The position numbers and the translations under genes were made by a program. Shown here in pieces: positions 19,229 through 31,909 of a DNA stretch of 64,000 bases; the stretch's first letter is position 1; every line of letters begins with the position of its first letter. Location: NCBI GenBank assembly GCA_019639015.1, contig JAHBSS010000001.1, positions 9,189 to 73,188 of the forward strand, in the 5' to 3' direction. The notes beneath the pieces were generated by a model. It was not told the DNA's origin, made no database searches, and saw nothing but the letters and a program-made list of their open reading frames with translations. This DNA comes from Cryobacterium sp. GTDB taxonomy: Bacteria > Actinomycetota > Actinomycetes > Actinomycetales > Microbacteriaceae.

Positions 19229-20074
19229 TTAACCGATTCGAGTCCACATCCAGTTCACTCCGAGAATCGTCAACACGATAAGTCCGATTAGCACGGTAAC
19301 GATGAGAATAAGTTGCTGTGTTTGTTGTTTAGGTGCTCTCGTCTTGAGGAACACAAACGCAACAATTCCTCCAGTTATCAAGCCTCCAACGTGAGCTTGC
19401 CAAGCAACGTTTGGGAACAGGAATCCGGCTACGAGGTTCAATCCGATGACAATAATGATTTGCAAATTGTTGCCACCGAAATGCCGATTGATGATGAAGA
19501 ATGCGCCTAGCAGCCCGAAGATCGCGCCCGAAGCTCCAAGTACACCGATCTTTGGGTCAATTAAGAGCACACCGACTGATCCGCCTAAACCGCTAAGCAA
19601 ATACAGGGCGAGAAAGCGCAAATGTCCTAAAGCTTTTTCCATGATCGGTCCGATTACGATCAACGAATACATGTTGAAGATGATGTGAAATATTGAGCTT
19701 TCTGAGTGGGCAAACATAGAAGTGACCATTCGCCACGGTTCAATTTCAGTTATCGGAGGGTAGTACAGTAGCGCACTGCCGACTCTGCCGCCGCTAACTA
19801 ATTGGGCAATGTAGACGAGCACGCAAAGCGCAATTAATACCCAGGTAACGGTCGGGGACTCACTGCCGGCTGAGAACGCTGAAACCAGTTTCGATTTGGT
19901 TTTTGGAGCGCTTGAACGTGATTGCTTCATACATTCCGGGCAATGCACGCCAACCGCTGCAGCGGTTTGACATTCAGCACAAATTGTTCTGCCGCAGCGT
20001 TGACAAAGTACAAAGCTTTGGCGTTTCGGATGCCTATAGCAATAGTCATCCGGATTCGAAGTAGTCTCAGCCAA
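19229..20074 (-). CDS. rhomboid intramembrane serine protease with N-terminal Cys/His (B-box-like) finger
   Basis: CYRHP..CQRC..C..C..CPEC; WR, HIIFNM, GASG, AHVGG. Confidence 0.92.
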   Translation of the reverse strand: MAETTSNPDDYCYRHPKRQSFVLCQRCGRTICAECQTAAAVGVHCPECMKQSRSSAPKTKSKLVSAFSAGSESPTVTWVLIALCVLVYIAQLVSGGRVGSALLYYPPITEIEPWRMVTSMFAHSESSIFHIIFNMYSLIVIGPIMEKALGHLRFLALYLLSGLGGSVGVLLIDPKIGVLGASGAIFGLLGAFFIINRHFGGNNLQIIIVIGLNLVAGFLFPNVAWQAHVGGLITGGIVAFVFLKTRAPKQQTQQLILIVTVLIGLIVLTILGVNWMWTRIG

Positions 20075-20086
20075 CTGTTTGATTAC

Positions 20087-20626
20087 CTACAGTTCTCGAA
20101 TCTCAATGTTTTGAATCACGACAGGCTCCAGCGGTCTATCACGAGCATCCTTCTTGACGGATTCGATTTTTTTGACGACCTGCTTTGATTGCTCGTCTTC
20201 AACCAGTCCGAAAATTGTGTGCTTTCCTTGAAGCCAATTGGTCGGGACCGTTGTAATAAAAAACTGCGAACCGTTTGTACCTCGACCACCGTGGGTTCCC
20301 GCATTTGCCATCGCGAGAACATAGGGGGCATTGAAGTTCAGCTCTGGGTGAATTTCATCGTCAAACTGGTAACCGGGACCTCCGATTCCTTCACCCAACG
20401 GGTCACCGCCCTGAATCATGAAGTTGTCGATGATTCTGTGAAAAATCACGCCGTCATACAAAGGCCGGTTGGTTTTTTGGCCAGTCGTTGGGTCAATCCA
20501 GTCGATCGTGCCGCTTGCCAATCCGATGAAATTTGCCACGGTCTTCGGGGCGTGATTGGCGAGGAGGTTTACTGTGATGTCGCCGAGGCTCGTGTGAATG
20601 ATTGCGGTATGAGTTGCTGATGGCAT
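20087..20626 (-). CDS. ppiA: cyclophilin-type peptidyl-prolyl isomerase
   Basis: FHRII..FMIQGGDP, AMANAG, NGSQFFIT, HTIFG. Confidence 0.95.
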   Translation of the reverse strand: MPSATHTAIIHTSLGDITVNLLANHAPKTVANFIGLASGTIDWIDPTTGQKTNRPLYDGVIFHRIIDNFMIQGGDPLGEGIGGPGYQFDDEIHPELNFNAPYVLAMANAGTHGGRGTNGSQFFITTVPTNWLQGKHTIFGLVEDEQSKQVVKKIESVKKDARDRPLEPVVIQNIEIREL

Positions 20627-20741
20627 CCGTCAATTGTTTCACAACTGCGCTGGTTCAGGCTTTGTTCAGAGCGTTCGTGTTTGCTTGATTGCTGAGTGAA
20701 AGAATGGTTTGATAGCCGGTGCGAATTCGTGGAGGTTAATC

Positions 20742-21281
20742 GTGGAACTCTCGAGAAAGAGCAAGAAAGAATTGGCAAAATTGAAGCGGGGTGCTTCCGA
20801 ACTTTGGGATGACCAAAAAGAAGTTTTAGAACAGGCTATTCGTGTGGTTCGTGAGGCAAAGCGTCAACTCGCACAAGTTGGTCGTGAGGATGTGCTTCCT
20901 AGAGTTCGAGAGACCTACGAGTCCAGAATTCGTCCAGGGTTTGAGTCCGGCATGGACGCCGGAAGACAGTTTCTCGGCACAACGCGTGAGAAGCTTGCGC
21001 GGGAAGTGCTGCCAAATATCTCCACGGCCTTGGGTACGGCGCTAGCTGCACTTGAAGTCGTTAAGAACCCGAGAGTCAGACAAGCGCTCGGTAAGGTGGC
21101 AAAAGCCCCGAGTAAAGCGGTGCCGGCACCGAAATCAACTAGCGCATTGAAATTCATTCTCATGGGTATAGGCGTTGTCGCGGCCGCTGGAGTTGCCTAT
21201 GCTGCTTGGCAAACACTTCGAGCTGATGACGAGCTTTGGGTTTCGCCGGATGTCGAACCTGGCGATACTGACGAGCTCTAG
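20742..21281 (+). CDS. helical protein with C-terminal TM anchor (occupies the cwsA position)
   Basis: GGAGG SD before GTG 20742; amphipathic helical body, TM, acidic tail; divergent from ppiA. Confidence 0.75.
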   Translation: MELSRKSKKELAKLKRGASELWDDQKEVLEQAIRVVREAKRQLAQVGREDVLPRVRETYESRIRPGFESGMDAGRQFLGTTREKLAREVLPNISTALGTALAALEVVKNPRVRQALGKVAKAPSKAVPAPKSTSALKFILMGIGVVAAAGVAYAAWQTLRADDELWVSPDVEPGDTDEL

Positions 21282-21712
21282 TCCCTAATTCCTGTGGCTG
21301 CTTCATAGAAGTTCAATCCGACATTTACGAGTTGAACTCGGTTCAATCGGGGGACTTCTTGCAAATCAAACCAGGCGGCCTCATCAGTGCTCCCTCCGAT
21401 TTCATTTTGGAGTTCGCCACCAATCACGGTCGCCTCGTAGATTATTCTCAACGAGTGAAGCGGGGTATCTCCGCCCCGTATTCGATCTTTCGCGGGAACG
21501 ACTCGAGAATCAATTCCGAGTAAGTTGCCAAGCTCCACCTGATAGCCGGTTTCTTCAAAGACTTCGCGTATAGCCGCCGCCGCGGGGTCTTCACCCGGCT
21601 CGAGACCGCCCCCGGGAAGGGTCCAACTTTCATAACCTGCTTCATTCCAGTGCGACAGGAGCAGCCTACCGTCCCTGATTATTACGCAGTTGGCAGCGAT
21701 TCTGACGTCCAT
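21278..21712 (-). CDS. NUDIX hydrolase
   Basis: Nudix box GGGLEPGEDPAAAAIREVFEETG. Confidence 0.92.
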   Translation of the reverse strand: MDVRIAANCVIIRDGRLLLSHWNEAGYESWTLPGGGLEPGEDPAAAAIREVFEETGYQVELGNLLGIDSRVVPAKDRIRGGDTPLHSLRIIYEATVIGGELQNEIGGSTDEAAWFDLQEVPRLNRVQLVNVGLNFYEAATGIRD

Positions 21713-21767
21713 CCGCTAATCCTAGAACCGTTCGTAAGAAGTAGAACGGAACGCTCTATGTCCTGCA

Positions 21768-22580
21768 TCAATTTAGAAACACATCGTTGAGGGTTACGGT
21801 CTGCAGCTGACGTTGAATGATTAGGGTCAGCAATTGAGTAAACACTTTCGTCACGCTCGGATAGTTTGCGTGACCAATTACGATGTGCTGCGGTAGGAAC
21901 CATTTCTCAGCAAAATCCACAACTTGTTCTGGGGTTATTTTTCCGGAATCGGATAACGATCCGTACCACATAATCGGTGCGGAATAACCAACGCTTGCGG
22001 CGACCGAGAACACTCGGAAATCAATTGCGCCATATGGCGGCCGGTAATAGGGGGCCGGATCGACTCCGAATAGATTCTTGATCGTTTTAGCGTTCTTTAG
22101 AAGCTGAGAGACTATAACGCTGTCTGATTCCTTAGTCAGCCAGGGGTGCGAAAACGTGTGATTGCCGATTTGTACTTGCCCGCTTTCAACGAGCGGCCGC
22201 AATTGTTTGGCGTTATCCGCCCAAGATGAATACATGCCGTTCATGAAAAAGGTGAGCCTGATCCCGCTGGATTTTGCAAACTTTGCGTAAGCCGAGACAA
22301 CTTCGCTGCTCGCGCCATCGTCAACCGTCCAAGCCATGAGGTTTCCTTCGCCAGGGAGTCTGTAAAGCGCCCTTCTAGGTCGGGTGATTTTGTCAATACT
22401 GGGCGGTGGTAGTGGACGCGGAGTTCTAGAAGGCACAAATTCGGGAGTCTTATACGGTGCCGGCCCGTACTTGATGGTCGGGGTGGGACTTGAGTTCAAT
22501 GCGATTTCGGAGCAACCCGACAGGCCTAGTGCGAGAATGGACGTCAACCCGCCAAGGAACTCGCGTCGTTCCATTTCCAT
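21768..22580 (-). CDS. polysaccharide deacetylase (CE4), predicted Tat lipoprotein
   Basis: RREFL + LSGC lipobox; TVDDG, HTFSH, RPPYG. Confidence 0.88.
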   Translation of the reverse strand: MEMERREFLGGLTSILALGLSGCSEIALNSSPTPTIKYGPAPYKTPEFVPSRTPRPLPPPSIDKITRPRRALYRLPGEGNLMAWTVDDGASSEVVSAYAKFAKSSGIRLTFFMNGMYSSWADNAKQLRPLVESGQVQIGNHTFSHPWLTKESDSVIVSQLLKNAKTIKNLFGVDPAPYYRPPYGAIDFRVFSVAASVGYSAPIMWYGSLSDSGKITPEQVVDFAEKWFLPQHIVIGHANYPSVTKVFTQLLTLIIQRQLQTVTLNDVFLN

Positions 22581-22816
22581 TGGATTCTTCTGTCTGTTGC
22601 CGATATTCCATTCGAAAGTGTATATCTAGCTCAAGAACACCAGAAGGTTTCAGGATTGATTGGGTCTGAAATCGCCAAAAACACCCATCACTTTTTGAAC
22701 GCGAGTGAAACGCGATTACTTTGGGTTTTCGCGACTCTAGACTAAGTTCGACAACGCGACCTAGAACAAGTCAGTTTGCTTCATCCACTTGAACCCGTAA
22801 CGGAGGAAATTCCAGC

Positions 22817-23866
22817 GTGGTGAATTCGTCGCCTCAAGCAAGAGGCAAAGCAAAACCCAAAGAGGCAATTGCCGCAATTCTGCCGCTCTACAACGGCTCC
22901 CGGTGGATTGAGCACGCGATCAAGAGCGTACTGGCACAGTCAAGACAGCCAGACGAATTCATTGTCATTGATGACGGATCTACAGACGATGGAGTCGAGA
23001 TCGTTCGAAACCTCGCAAAGAAAAATCCAATAATCAGAATTATTAGCCAGCAGAACGCTGGTCAGTCAGCCGCAAGAAATCATGCCATTTCACTTTGTAA
23101 GAGCGATTGGATCGCACTCATTGATCAAGACGACTACTGGTATCCAAATCATTTAGAAGACTTGATTGATTCGGTGAAAGAGCATCGCGGTCTTCGCCTC
23201 GGATGGGTGTATAGCGACTTCGACGATATCGATCTTGATGGACGCATGATTGCTCGGAACTTCGTCGAAAAAAGGCGAGTCGAAAACCCAAAACGCGACT
23301 TGCTTGAGGTTTTGCGCGAAGGTTTCATAATCCAGCCATCGGCTACCTTAATTAGGAAGTCTGCAATTCTCGAAGTCGGGGGATTCGACGAACGACTTTC
23401 GGGATACGAAGATGACGACTTGTTCCTACGGATATTCCTCGCGAACTATGACAACGCGTTTATTGAAGAGCCAACTTCGCAATGGCGAATTCATTCAACA
23501 TCTTCCGGCGCCTCTGACCGCATGGAAGACTCCCTGCGGATTTATTCCAACAAACTTATCGAGACATTCCCGAACGATAGATGGCGCGGGCTTTATTACC
23601 GAAGCGACGTAATCGCGCCGAGATTCATCCGCACCTGGCTACAAATGTATGTTCGAGCCAGTCGCTTCAAGAACAAACAGAAGATGAAACTTTATGTTCG
23701 AGAGGCTCGAAGCCTGTTGGGTTATTTGCGCACGCCTAAAAGAATCGCGCTAAGCATCGGTCTATTTGCGTTGCGTCAGCCATTCATTATCAATAGGTGG
23801 ATTGCGTCTGGAGCCAACGAAACACCAAAGCGACTGATGCTTGGTCGCCGCCTATTCCGGATTTAG
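22817..23866 (+). CDS. family 2 glycosyltransferase
   Basis: PLYN, IDDGSTD, NAGQSAARN, DQDD, GGFDE, EDDD. Confidence 0.9.
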   Translation: MVNSSPQARGKAKPKEAIAAILPLYNGSRWIEHAIKSVLAQSRQPDEFIVIDDGSTDDGVEIVRNLAKKNPIIRIISQQNAGQSAARNHAISLCKSDWIALIDQDDYWYPNHLEDLIDSVKEHRGLRLGWVYSDFDDIDLDGRMIARNFVEKRRVENPKRDLLEVLREGFIIQPSATLIRKSAILEVGGFDERLSGYEDDDLFLRIFLANYDNAFIEEPTSQWRIHSTSSGASDRMEDSLRIYSNKLIETFPNDRWRGLYYRSDVIAPRFIRTWLQMYVRASRFKNKQKMKLYVREARSLLGYLRTPKRIALSIGLFALRQPFIINRWIASGANETPKRLMLGRRLFRI

Positions 23867-23903
23867 AGTTCCAGTTCGACGAAAAGAACTCTGACAAATC
23901 GAG

Positions 23904-23976
23904 TGGAGCCTAGGAGAATCGAACTCCTGACCTCCTGCTTGCAAAGCAGGCGCTCTACCAATTGAGCTAAGGCCCC
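23904..23976 (-). tRNA. tRNA-Ala(TGC)
   Basis: GGGGCCTTAGCTCAATTGGTAGAGCGCCTGCTT TGC AAGCAGGAGGTCAGGAGTTCGATTCTCCTAGGCTCCA. Confidence 0.97.
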
Positions 23977-23993
23977 GTGCAGTTTTACTTGCG

Positions 23994-24067
23994 TGGGGAT
24001 ACCAGGACTTGAACCTGGGACCTCTTCGTTATCAGCGAAGCGCTCTAACCGCCTGAGCTATATCCCC
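23994..24067 (-). tRNA. tRNA-Ile(GAT)
   Basis: GGGGATATAGCTCAGGCGGTTAGAGCGCTTCGCT GAT AACGAAGAGGTCCCAGGTTCAAGTCCTGGTATCCCCA. Confidence 0.97.
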
Positions 24068-24118
24068 GAATAGGCAGATACGAGACTATCGCAACTACCT
24101 AGGATTCGACCAATCAGG

Positions 24119-24541
24119 TCAATTGTTTGTGAATCCGACGAGAAGTCCTCCGGTAATTCTCACACTCAAGTTGTACAGCAACGATGCGATTGCGCCAAGG
24201 AAAGTACCAATCACGGTGCTCAGCAGTCCGAGGATTACGGAGAAAATCATTACCTTAGTAAGCGAGAACGATTCGAACACGCTGAAGGATGCGTCCCCAA
24301 GTATGTCCGAAAGCACACTGTTTAGCTGGGTGAAGATTCCCGTCGAGTTCAACACCATCCAAATTAGAAACGCAGATACAACCTGCACGATGCCGATGCA
24401 AATCGAGACCAGAAACGAAAGTTTCACCGCCGACCAAAAATCAATGTAAACCAGTCGCAGCCTCACTTGCTTCGTGTTGGCGGCCTGACCAGTGGATCTG
24501 CGCTCAGATTTGCGCTGTAGTTTCTCCGCAACGCTACTCAT
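24119..24541 (-). CDS. DUF3566 domain membrane protein
   Basis: '[18 protein letters not shown]'...'LYNL...TGG'; canonical position after gyrA. Confidence 0.9.
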   Translation of the reverse strand: MSSVAEKLQRKSERRSTGQAANTKQVRLRLVYIDFWSAVKLSFLVSICIGIVQVVSAFLIWMVLNSTGIFTQLNSVLSDILGDASFSVFESFSLTKVMIFSVILGLLSTVIGTFLGAIASLLYNLSVRITGGLLVGFTNN

Positions 24542-27122
24542 TTACCGAATCTTCCTTCCCGAGTTCTTCTGAATCAACCTCGGCACCAGCCTGGTCTTCC
24601 TCAATTGCTTGGCTTTCCAAGTTCCGTTCACTGTTTTTCGCTATAGCGATAATGCGGTCTTCGTCTGAGAATCTGGCGAAAACCACACCCATGGTGTCGC
24701 GCCCCTTTGCGGGAACTTCAGCCACGGCAGAGCGTACCACCTTGCCGCTGGCAAGAACCACAAGAACTTCATCATCTTCTTCGACAATCAGAGCACCAAC
24801 CAGATCGCCTCTTGCTTCTTGGAGTTTTGCGACCTTTATCCCGAGTCCTCCCCTGCCCTGGGCGCGATATTGATCTACCGATGTTCTCTTGGCGTAACCA
24901 CCCTCGGTAACCACAAATACAAAGCCGTTGTCTGCCACCACTGAAGCACCCAGTAAACGATCAGCGTTCTTGAAATGCATCCCAATTACTCCGGATGTTG
25001 CCCTGCCCATCGGTCGCAACGCTTCATTGTCAGCTTTGAATCTCAGCGATAGCCCTTTTGCGGAAACCAAAAGAATCTCGGAGTTCTCCTCCACCAATAG
25101 AGCCGAAACAAGTTCGTCATCCTCTCGCAAATTGATTGCGATAATTCCACCTGATCGGTTTGTGTCGTACTCCGTGAGCAGCGTCTTCTTGACAATTCCA
25201 CCTCTAGTTGCGAGCGCCAAATATGTCGCCGCTTTGTAGTCGGTGATATCGAGAATCTGGGTAATCTCTTCATCGGGTTGCAGAGCTAGCAGGTTCGCGA
25301 CGTGTTGACCTTTGGCGTCCCGACCGGCTTCTTGCAATTCATATGTCTTGGCGCGGTAGACACGTCCCTTATTCGTAAAGAACAGCAACCAGTGATGAGT
25401 TGTTGTGACGAAGAAATGTTCAACAACATCATCAGCTCGAAGCTGTGCTCCCTTGACACCTTTACCTCCACGGTGCTGACTGCGGTAATTGTCGCTTCTC
25501 GTGCGTTTGACATAACCGTCTCGAGTTACGGTTACCACCATTTCTTCTTCTGGTATCAAATCTTCAATGGAAACGTCACCGTCGAAGCCATGAAGAATCT
25601 CCGTCCGACGGTCATCGCCGAACTTCTCGACTATTTCGCCAAGTTCAGTGCTTACAATTTCGCGTTGTCGTTCAGGCTTTACCAGGATGTCGTTGTATTC
25701 AGCAATCAATCGCTCAAGCTCTTCCGCCTGTTCATGAATTTTTTGGCGTTCAAGTGCGGCGAGTCGACGCAGCTGCAAGTTCAAGATTGCACTCGCTTGG
25801 ACTTCGTCAATATCAAGCAGCTTGATCAATCCGTCGCGAGCATCCTCAACGGTTGCCGAACGGCGAATTAGAGCAATGACTTCGTCGAGCGCATCGAGTG
25901 CTTTCAAGTATCCGCGCAATATGTGCGCGTCAGCTTCAGCTTTGGCTAATCGGAATTTGGTGCGTCGGACGATCACAGCGATTTGGTGCGCAACCCAAAG
26001 GGAAATGAAGGCGTCGATCGGCAGAGTGCGGGGCACGCCGTCAACGATCGCCAACATGTTGGCGCCGAAGTTTTCCTGCAATTGTGTGTGCTTGTACAGG
26101 TTGTTCAGTACGACTTTTGCAACCGCATCCCGTTTGAGAACAATTACAAGTCGTTGACCTGTGCGTCCAGAGGTCTCGTCTCGGATATCTGCTATCCCAC
26201 CGATTCGACCTTCCTTCACGAGGTCGGCAATCTTCAGTGCCAAATTGTCGGGGTTAACTTGGTAGGGCAATTCCGTGACAACTAGGCATTGCCTGCCATG
26301 AATTTCTTCAACACTTACAACGGCCCGCATTGTGATCGACCCGCGACCAGTGCGATAAGCCTCCTGGATGCCCTTAGATCCGAGGATTTGCGCCCCAGTT
26401 GGAAAATCCGGTCCCGTGACCCGTTGAATGATTGCTTCGAGGAGTTCCTCCCGCGTAGCTTCAGGGTGTTCCAAGTGCCAAAGTGCGGCCGAGCCAACTT
26501 CTCGTAAATTGTGCGGTGGAATGTTGGTCGCCATTCCGACGGCAATTCCAACGGAACCATTCACTAACAGGTTGGGGAACCTGCTGGGCAGCACCGAGGG
26601 TTCCTGGGTTCGACCGTCGTAGTTGTCTTGAAAATCAACGGTGTCCTCGTCGATATCACGAACCATTTCGAGGGCCAACGGTGCCATTTTCGTTTCGGTA
26701 TACCTTGGCGCCGCTGCGCCATCGTTGCCTGGGGAACCGAAGTTTCCTTGGCCAAGAGCCAAGGGGTAACGCAAACTCCAAGGCTGAACTAGTCGAACGA
26801 GCGTGTCATAAATTGAACTGTCGCCGTGCGGGTGAAATTGACCCATGACTTCGCCGACAACTCTTGTGCTTTTTGAAAATGCTTTGTCCGGACGATAACC
26901 ACCGTCATACATCGCGTAAATAACGCGACGATGGACGGGCTTTAGTCCATCTCGGATGTCCGGCAGGGCACGGCCGACGATGACACTCATCGCGTAATCA
27001 AGGTAGCTTCGCTGCATCTCTAATTGCAGGTCGACTTGTTCTATCTTGTCGATCGTCTTACTCGCGCCATCCGAGCCGTCAACCGATCCCTGTTGGTCCG
27101 TCGGTTCGGTTTCGTCTGCCAT
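24534..27122 (-). CDS. gyrA: DNA gyrase subunit A
   Basis: [30 protein letters not shown], GyrA-box QHRGGKG. Confidence 0.98.
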   Translation of the reverse strand: MADETEPTDQQGSVDGSDGASKTIDKIEQVDLQLEMQRSYLDYAMSVIVGRALPDIRDGLKPVHRRVIYAMYDGGYRPDKAFSKSTRVVGEVMGQFHPHGDSSIYDTLVRLVQPWSLRYPLALGQGNFGSPGNDGAAAPRYTETKMAPLALEMVRDIDEDTVDFQDNYDGRTQEPSVLPSRFPNLLVNGSVGIAVGMATNIPPHNLREVGSAALWHLEHPEATREELLEAIIQRVTGPDFPTGAQILGSKGIQEAYRTGRGSITMRAVVSVEEIHGRQCLVVTELPYQVNPDNLALKIADLVKEGRIGGIADIRDETSGRTGQRLVIVLKRDAVAKVVLNNLYKHTQLQENFGANMLAIVDGVPRTLPIDAFISLWVAHQIAVIVRRTKFRLAKAEADAHILRGYLKALDALDEVIALIRRSATVEDARDGLIKLLDIDEVQASAILNLQLRRLAALERQKIHEQAEELERLIAEYNDILVKPERQREIVSTELGEIVEKFGDDRRTEILHGFDGDVSIEDLIPEEEMVVTVTRDGYVKRTRSDNYRSQHRGGKGVKGAQLRADDVVEHFFVTTTHHWLLFFTNKGRVYRAKTYELQEAGRDAKGQHVANLLALQPDEEITQILDITDYKAATYLALATRGGIVKKTLLTEYDTNRSGGIIAINLREDDELVSALLVEENSEILLVSAKGLSLRFKADNEALRPMGRATSGVIGMHFKNADRLLGASVVADNGFVFVVTEGGYAKRTSVDQYRAQGRGGLGIKVAKLQEARGDLVGALIVEEDDEVLVVLASGKVVRSAVAEVPAKGRDTMGVVFARFSDEDRIIAIAKNSERNLESQAIEEDQAGAEVDSEELGKEDSVNE

Positions 27123-27198
27123 TGGGTCCTCTAGATTTCGATTTGTGGTTAGTGTTCAGGTCTGCGGGAATGAAGGTTCGATTACCGGTCTCGTTTAT

Positions 27199-29247
<2,049 letters not shown>

Positions 29248-29326
29248 CTATCAAGCAACATCGTTCCTATTGGCCGATTCGGCAATCTGGGGAACCAAAT
29301 TCGCTTCGGTGAGCGCATTTGCCTAG

Positions 29327-29803
29327 TTAACCGTAGGTATCGCGCGGACCACGGCCTGGAATCGATCTAAGACCCTTTTTCCAAGTGGGTACGTCCGGGC
29401 CTAGGAAACGTAGTGCTTTGATTTGAGCGTTGGGTTGAACCAGATTGATTCTTTCAAGCAGTTCATTTCTCATTAGTCGCAATTGTGCAGCCCATGGCGT
29501 TGAATCGCAGCTAATTGTGAGAATCCCGTTTTGAATCCCCTGAGGTGTCGAGTGTGATGCGACTTCAGAACCGACGACATCCGCCCAGTTTTCCAATAAA
29601 TCTGATTCGGAAAGTACGTTCTCCCATCCGAGTTTTTCGGTCAGATCGGTCAGCACATCGGAAACTGGCTTTGGATCTCTACCCGCCTCGAACGGCTTTC
29701 CCGTGTCCTTGTTGGACTTTCGAGTGGTGGATTTCGATGAAAACAACGCCTTCAAATGCAGGAACACGCGTTCTGGTTCACTGCGACTAGTTGAATTAGG
29801 CAT
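29327..29803 (-). CDS. dciA: DUF721/DciA family protein
   Basis: 'W.DVVG.EVA.H', 'DSTPWAAQLR', 'GRGPRDTYG'; between recF and gyrB. Confidence 0.88.
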   Translation of the reverse strand: MPNSTSRSEPERVFLHLKALFSSKSTTRKSNKDTGKPFEAGRDPKPVSDVLTDLTEKLGWENVLSESDLLENWADVVGSEVASHSTPQGIQNGILTISCDSTPWAAQLRLMRNELLERINLVQPNAQIKALRFLGPDVPTWKKGLRSIPGRGPRDTYG

Positions 29804-29813
29804 TGGATACTCG

Positions 29814-30965
29814 CTAGTTAGTTGGTTCTACTTGCCCGGAAGCAATCGGGACTATTCTTGCCGAAAGCTCAAGCGGGACATCCTTTGCAACAGCTGCTGT
29901 CACAAGAATCTGTTGAAAATCTAGAATCGCCTCAGCCAGTCTCTTTCGTCTTGATTCATCCAATTCAGCGAATACATCATCCAATACGAGTACCGGATCC
30001 CCAATTAGCGAATCGTGCTTGATCAGATTCGCCGACGCGAGTTTCAGTGCGAGCGCAAGCGACCAAGATTCACCGTGGCTGGAATAGCCTCGAGATGGCA
30101 TTCCATTCAGCTGAATGGATAAGTCATCGCGGTGCGGGCCAACCAAAGTCACACCCCGTTCTAGCTCTGCTTTTCGATTTTCAATAATTCGTTCATGAAA
30201 CTTTTCCGATAACACTTCGGGGTCAAGGTCTTTCACAAGAGTTAGGTCATCATCCTCGATTGAAGTCGCACCAAACAAACTGAGCGCCGGATAGAGGTTT
30301 ATCGTGTGAGTCGAACCGGCCACATCTGAGTACGCTGCCGTCACTTCAGGTTGTAAGTAGTTGATAAGTTCTGCTCGAGCCAAAATGATTTGCGATCCGA
30401 GTTCCACGAGTTTTTCGTCCCAAATTTCGAGCGTGCTTTCTCCGCCGGCTGGAATTTTCCCTTTGCTTGACTTAAGTAGCGAGTTTCGCTGTCGCAAGAC
30501 ACGGTCATAGTCGGAAAGAATGCCTCCAAATCGAGGTTTCAAACGAACGAGCAGTTCATCCATGAATCGTCGTCTCGAACCAGGTTCGCCTCGAACTAGA
30601 ACGAGGTCTTCAGGAGCGAAGAGGACAACTGATGCAAACCGCGGTAATTGTTTTGCTGGCACCTCCTGCTTGTTGATCTTTGCCCGGTTTGAACCGTTGC
30701 GGTTTATTTGAACCTCAAGGAGCGTCGCAATATCTAGATTGCTTGCGTTTGCTCTGATAATTGCGAATTCTTCACCCTGCTTTACTAGCGCTTGATCGGT
30801 AGAGACTCGATGCGAACCTAGATTGCCGAGATAATAAATCGATTCGACGAGGTTTGTTTTCCCCTGCCCGTTGTTCCCAACTAATAACGTCGGACCCTCA
30901 GAAAGTTCAAGATCAAGATTCGAATAGTTTCGAAAATTCTGAAGGCCAATCCTTGTTACTAACAC
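29814..30965 (-). CDS. recF: DNA replication/repair protein RecF
   Basis: NFRNY, GNNGQGKTN, GPHRDD, SHGE, LDDVFAELD. Confidence 0.97.
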   Translation of the reverse strand: MLVTRIGLQNFRNYSNLDLELSEGPTLLVGNNGQGKTNLVESIYYLGNLGSHRVSTDQALVKQGEEFAIIRANASNLDIATLLEVQINRNGSNRAKINKQEVPAKQLPRFASVVLFAPEDLVLVRGEPGSRRRFMDELLVRLKPRFGGILSDYDRVLRQRNSLLKSSKGKIPAGGESTLEIWDEKLVELGSQIILARAELINYLQPEVTAAYSDVAGSTHTINLYPALSLFGATSIEDDDLTLVKDLDPEVLSEKFHERIIENRKAELERGVTLVGPHRDDLSIQLNGMPSRGYSSHGESWSLALALKLASANLIKHDSLIGDPVLVLDDVFAELDESRRKRLAEAILDFQQILVTAAVAKDVPLELSARIVPIASGQVEPTN

Positions 30966-31002
30966 TGTTCGTCAGGCGAAGTCACAAGTTCTTGAACGTG
31001 AA

Positions 31003-31893
31003 TCATTCAGACTTCTTCACCGCGTGACCACCGAACTGGTGACGCAACGCAGCAACAGCTTTCATCGCTGGTGATTCATCGCCTTGACGTGAAACGAATC
31101 TTGCGAAGATTGACGCCGAAATTACCGGCATCGGTACCGCATTTTGGATCGCCTCTTCGATGGTCCATCTACCCTCGCCCGAATCGTCGACGTAACCTTC
31201 GATTTGTTCAAACTCGGGGTCTTGCTCCAGCGCTCTAACTAACAATTCCAACAACCAGGATCGAACTACAGTCCCTCGTTGCCAGGCCTTAAAGGTAGGC
31301 ACGAGGTGTTTTATGAGATCTTCTCGTTTATTAAGTAGCTCGTAGCCTTCAGCGAACGCTTGCATAATGCCGTATTCGATTCCGTTGTGAACCATTTTTG
31401 CGTAATGGCCCGCACCGACCGGGCCAACATGAACGAATCCTTCAACTCTTGGCCCTTCGGGGCGCAACGCGTCAAATATTGGCATGGCGCGCTCAACTTG
31501 CTTGTCAGTGCCACCGACCATAAGGCCGTAACCATTCTTCAGTCCCCAAATACCACCAGAAACTCCGGCATCCATAAACTCGATCGACTTTGTCGCTGCC
31601 AAATCAGCGTGTTTGGCGTCATCAGTAAATTTCGAATTGCCACCGTCAATGATGAGATCCCCCGGTTCTAGTAATTCGACGAGCTCACTAATTACTGAAT
31701 CTGTGATTGCTCCGGCAGGTACCATAACCCAAACTATTCTCGGGGTCGGCAATTTTGCCACGAGCTCCTTCTGGCTGGCCACGTCACTGACTTTGGGGTT
31801 GGTGTCATATCCAGTTACTTCAATGCCGTACTTTTCCAGGCGCGCACGCATATTGCTACCCATGCGGCCCAAACCGACTAATCCAATGTGCAT
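31003..31893 (-). CDS. gnd: 6-phosphogluconate dehydrogenase (decarboxylating, short form)
   Basis: GLGRMG, DGGNS, GVSGG, KMVHNGIEY, DSGEGRW, FGGH. Confidence 0.95.
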   Translation of the reverse strand: MHIGLVGLGRMGSNMRARLEKYGIEVTGYDTNPKVSDVASQKELVAKLPTPRIVWVMVPAGAITDSVISELVELLEPGDLIIDGGNSKFTDDAKHADLAATKSIEFMDAGVSGGIWGLKNGYGLMVGGTDKQVERAMPIFDALRPEGPRVEGFVHVGPVGAGHYAKMVHNGIEYGIMQAFAEGYELLNKREDLIKHLVPTFKAWQRGTVVRSWLLELLVRALEQDPEFEQIEGYVDDSGEGRWTIEEAIQNAVPMPVISASIFARFVSRQGDESPAMKAVAALRHQFGGHAVKKSE

Positions 31894-31909
31894 TCCGATC
31901 CCTTCCGCC

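Noticed and set aside
31003-31893. gnd between dnaN and recF as a novel insertion
   Set aside because: Known arrangement in many actinobacteria
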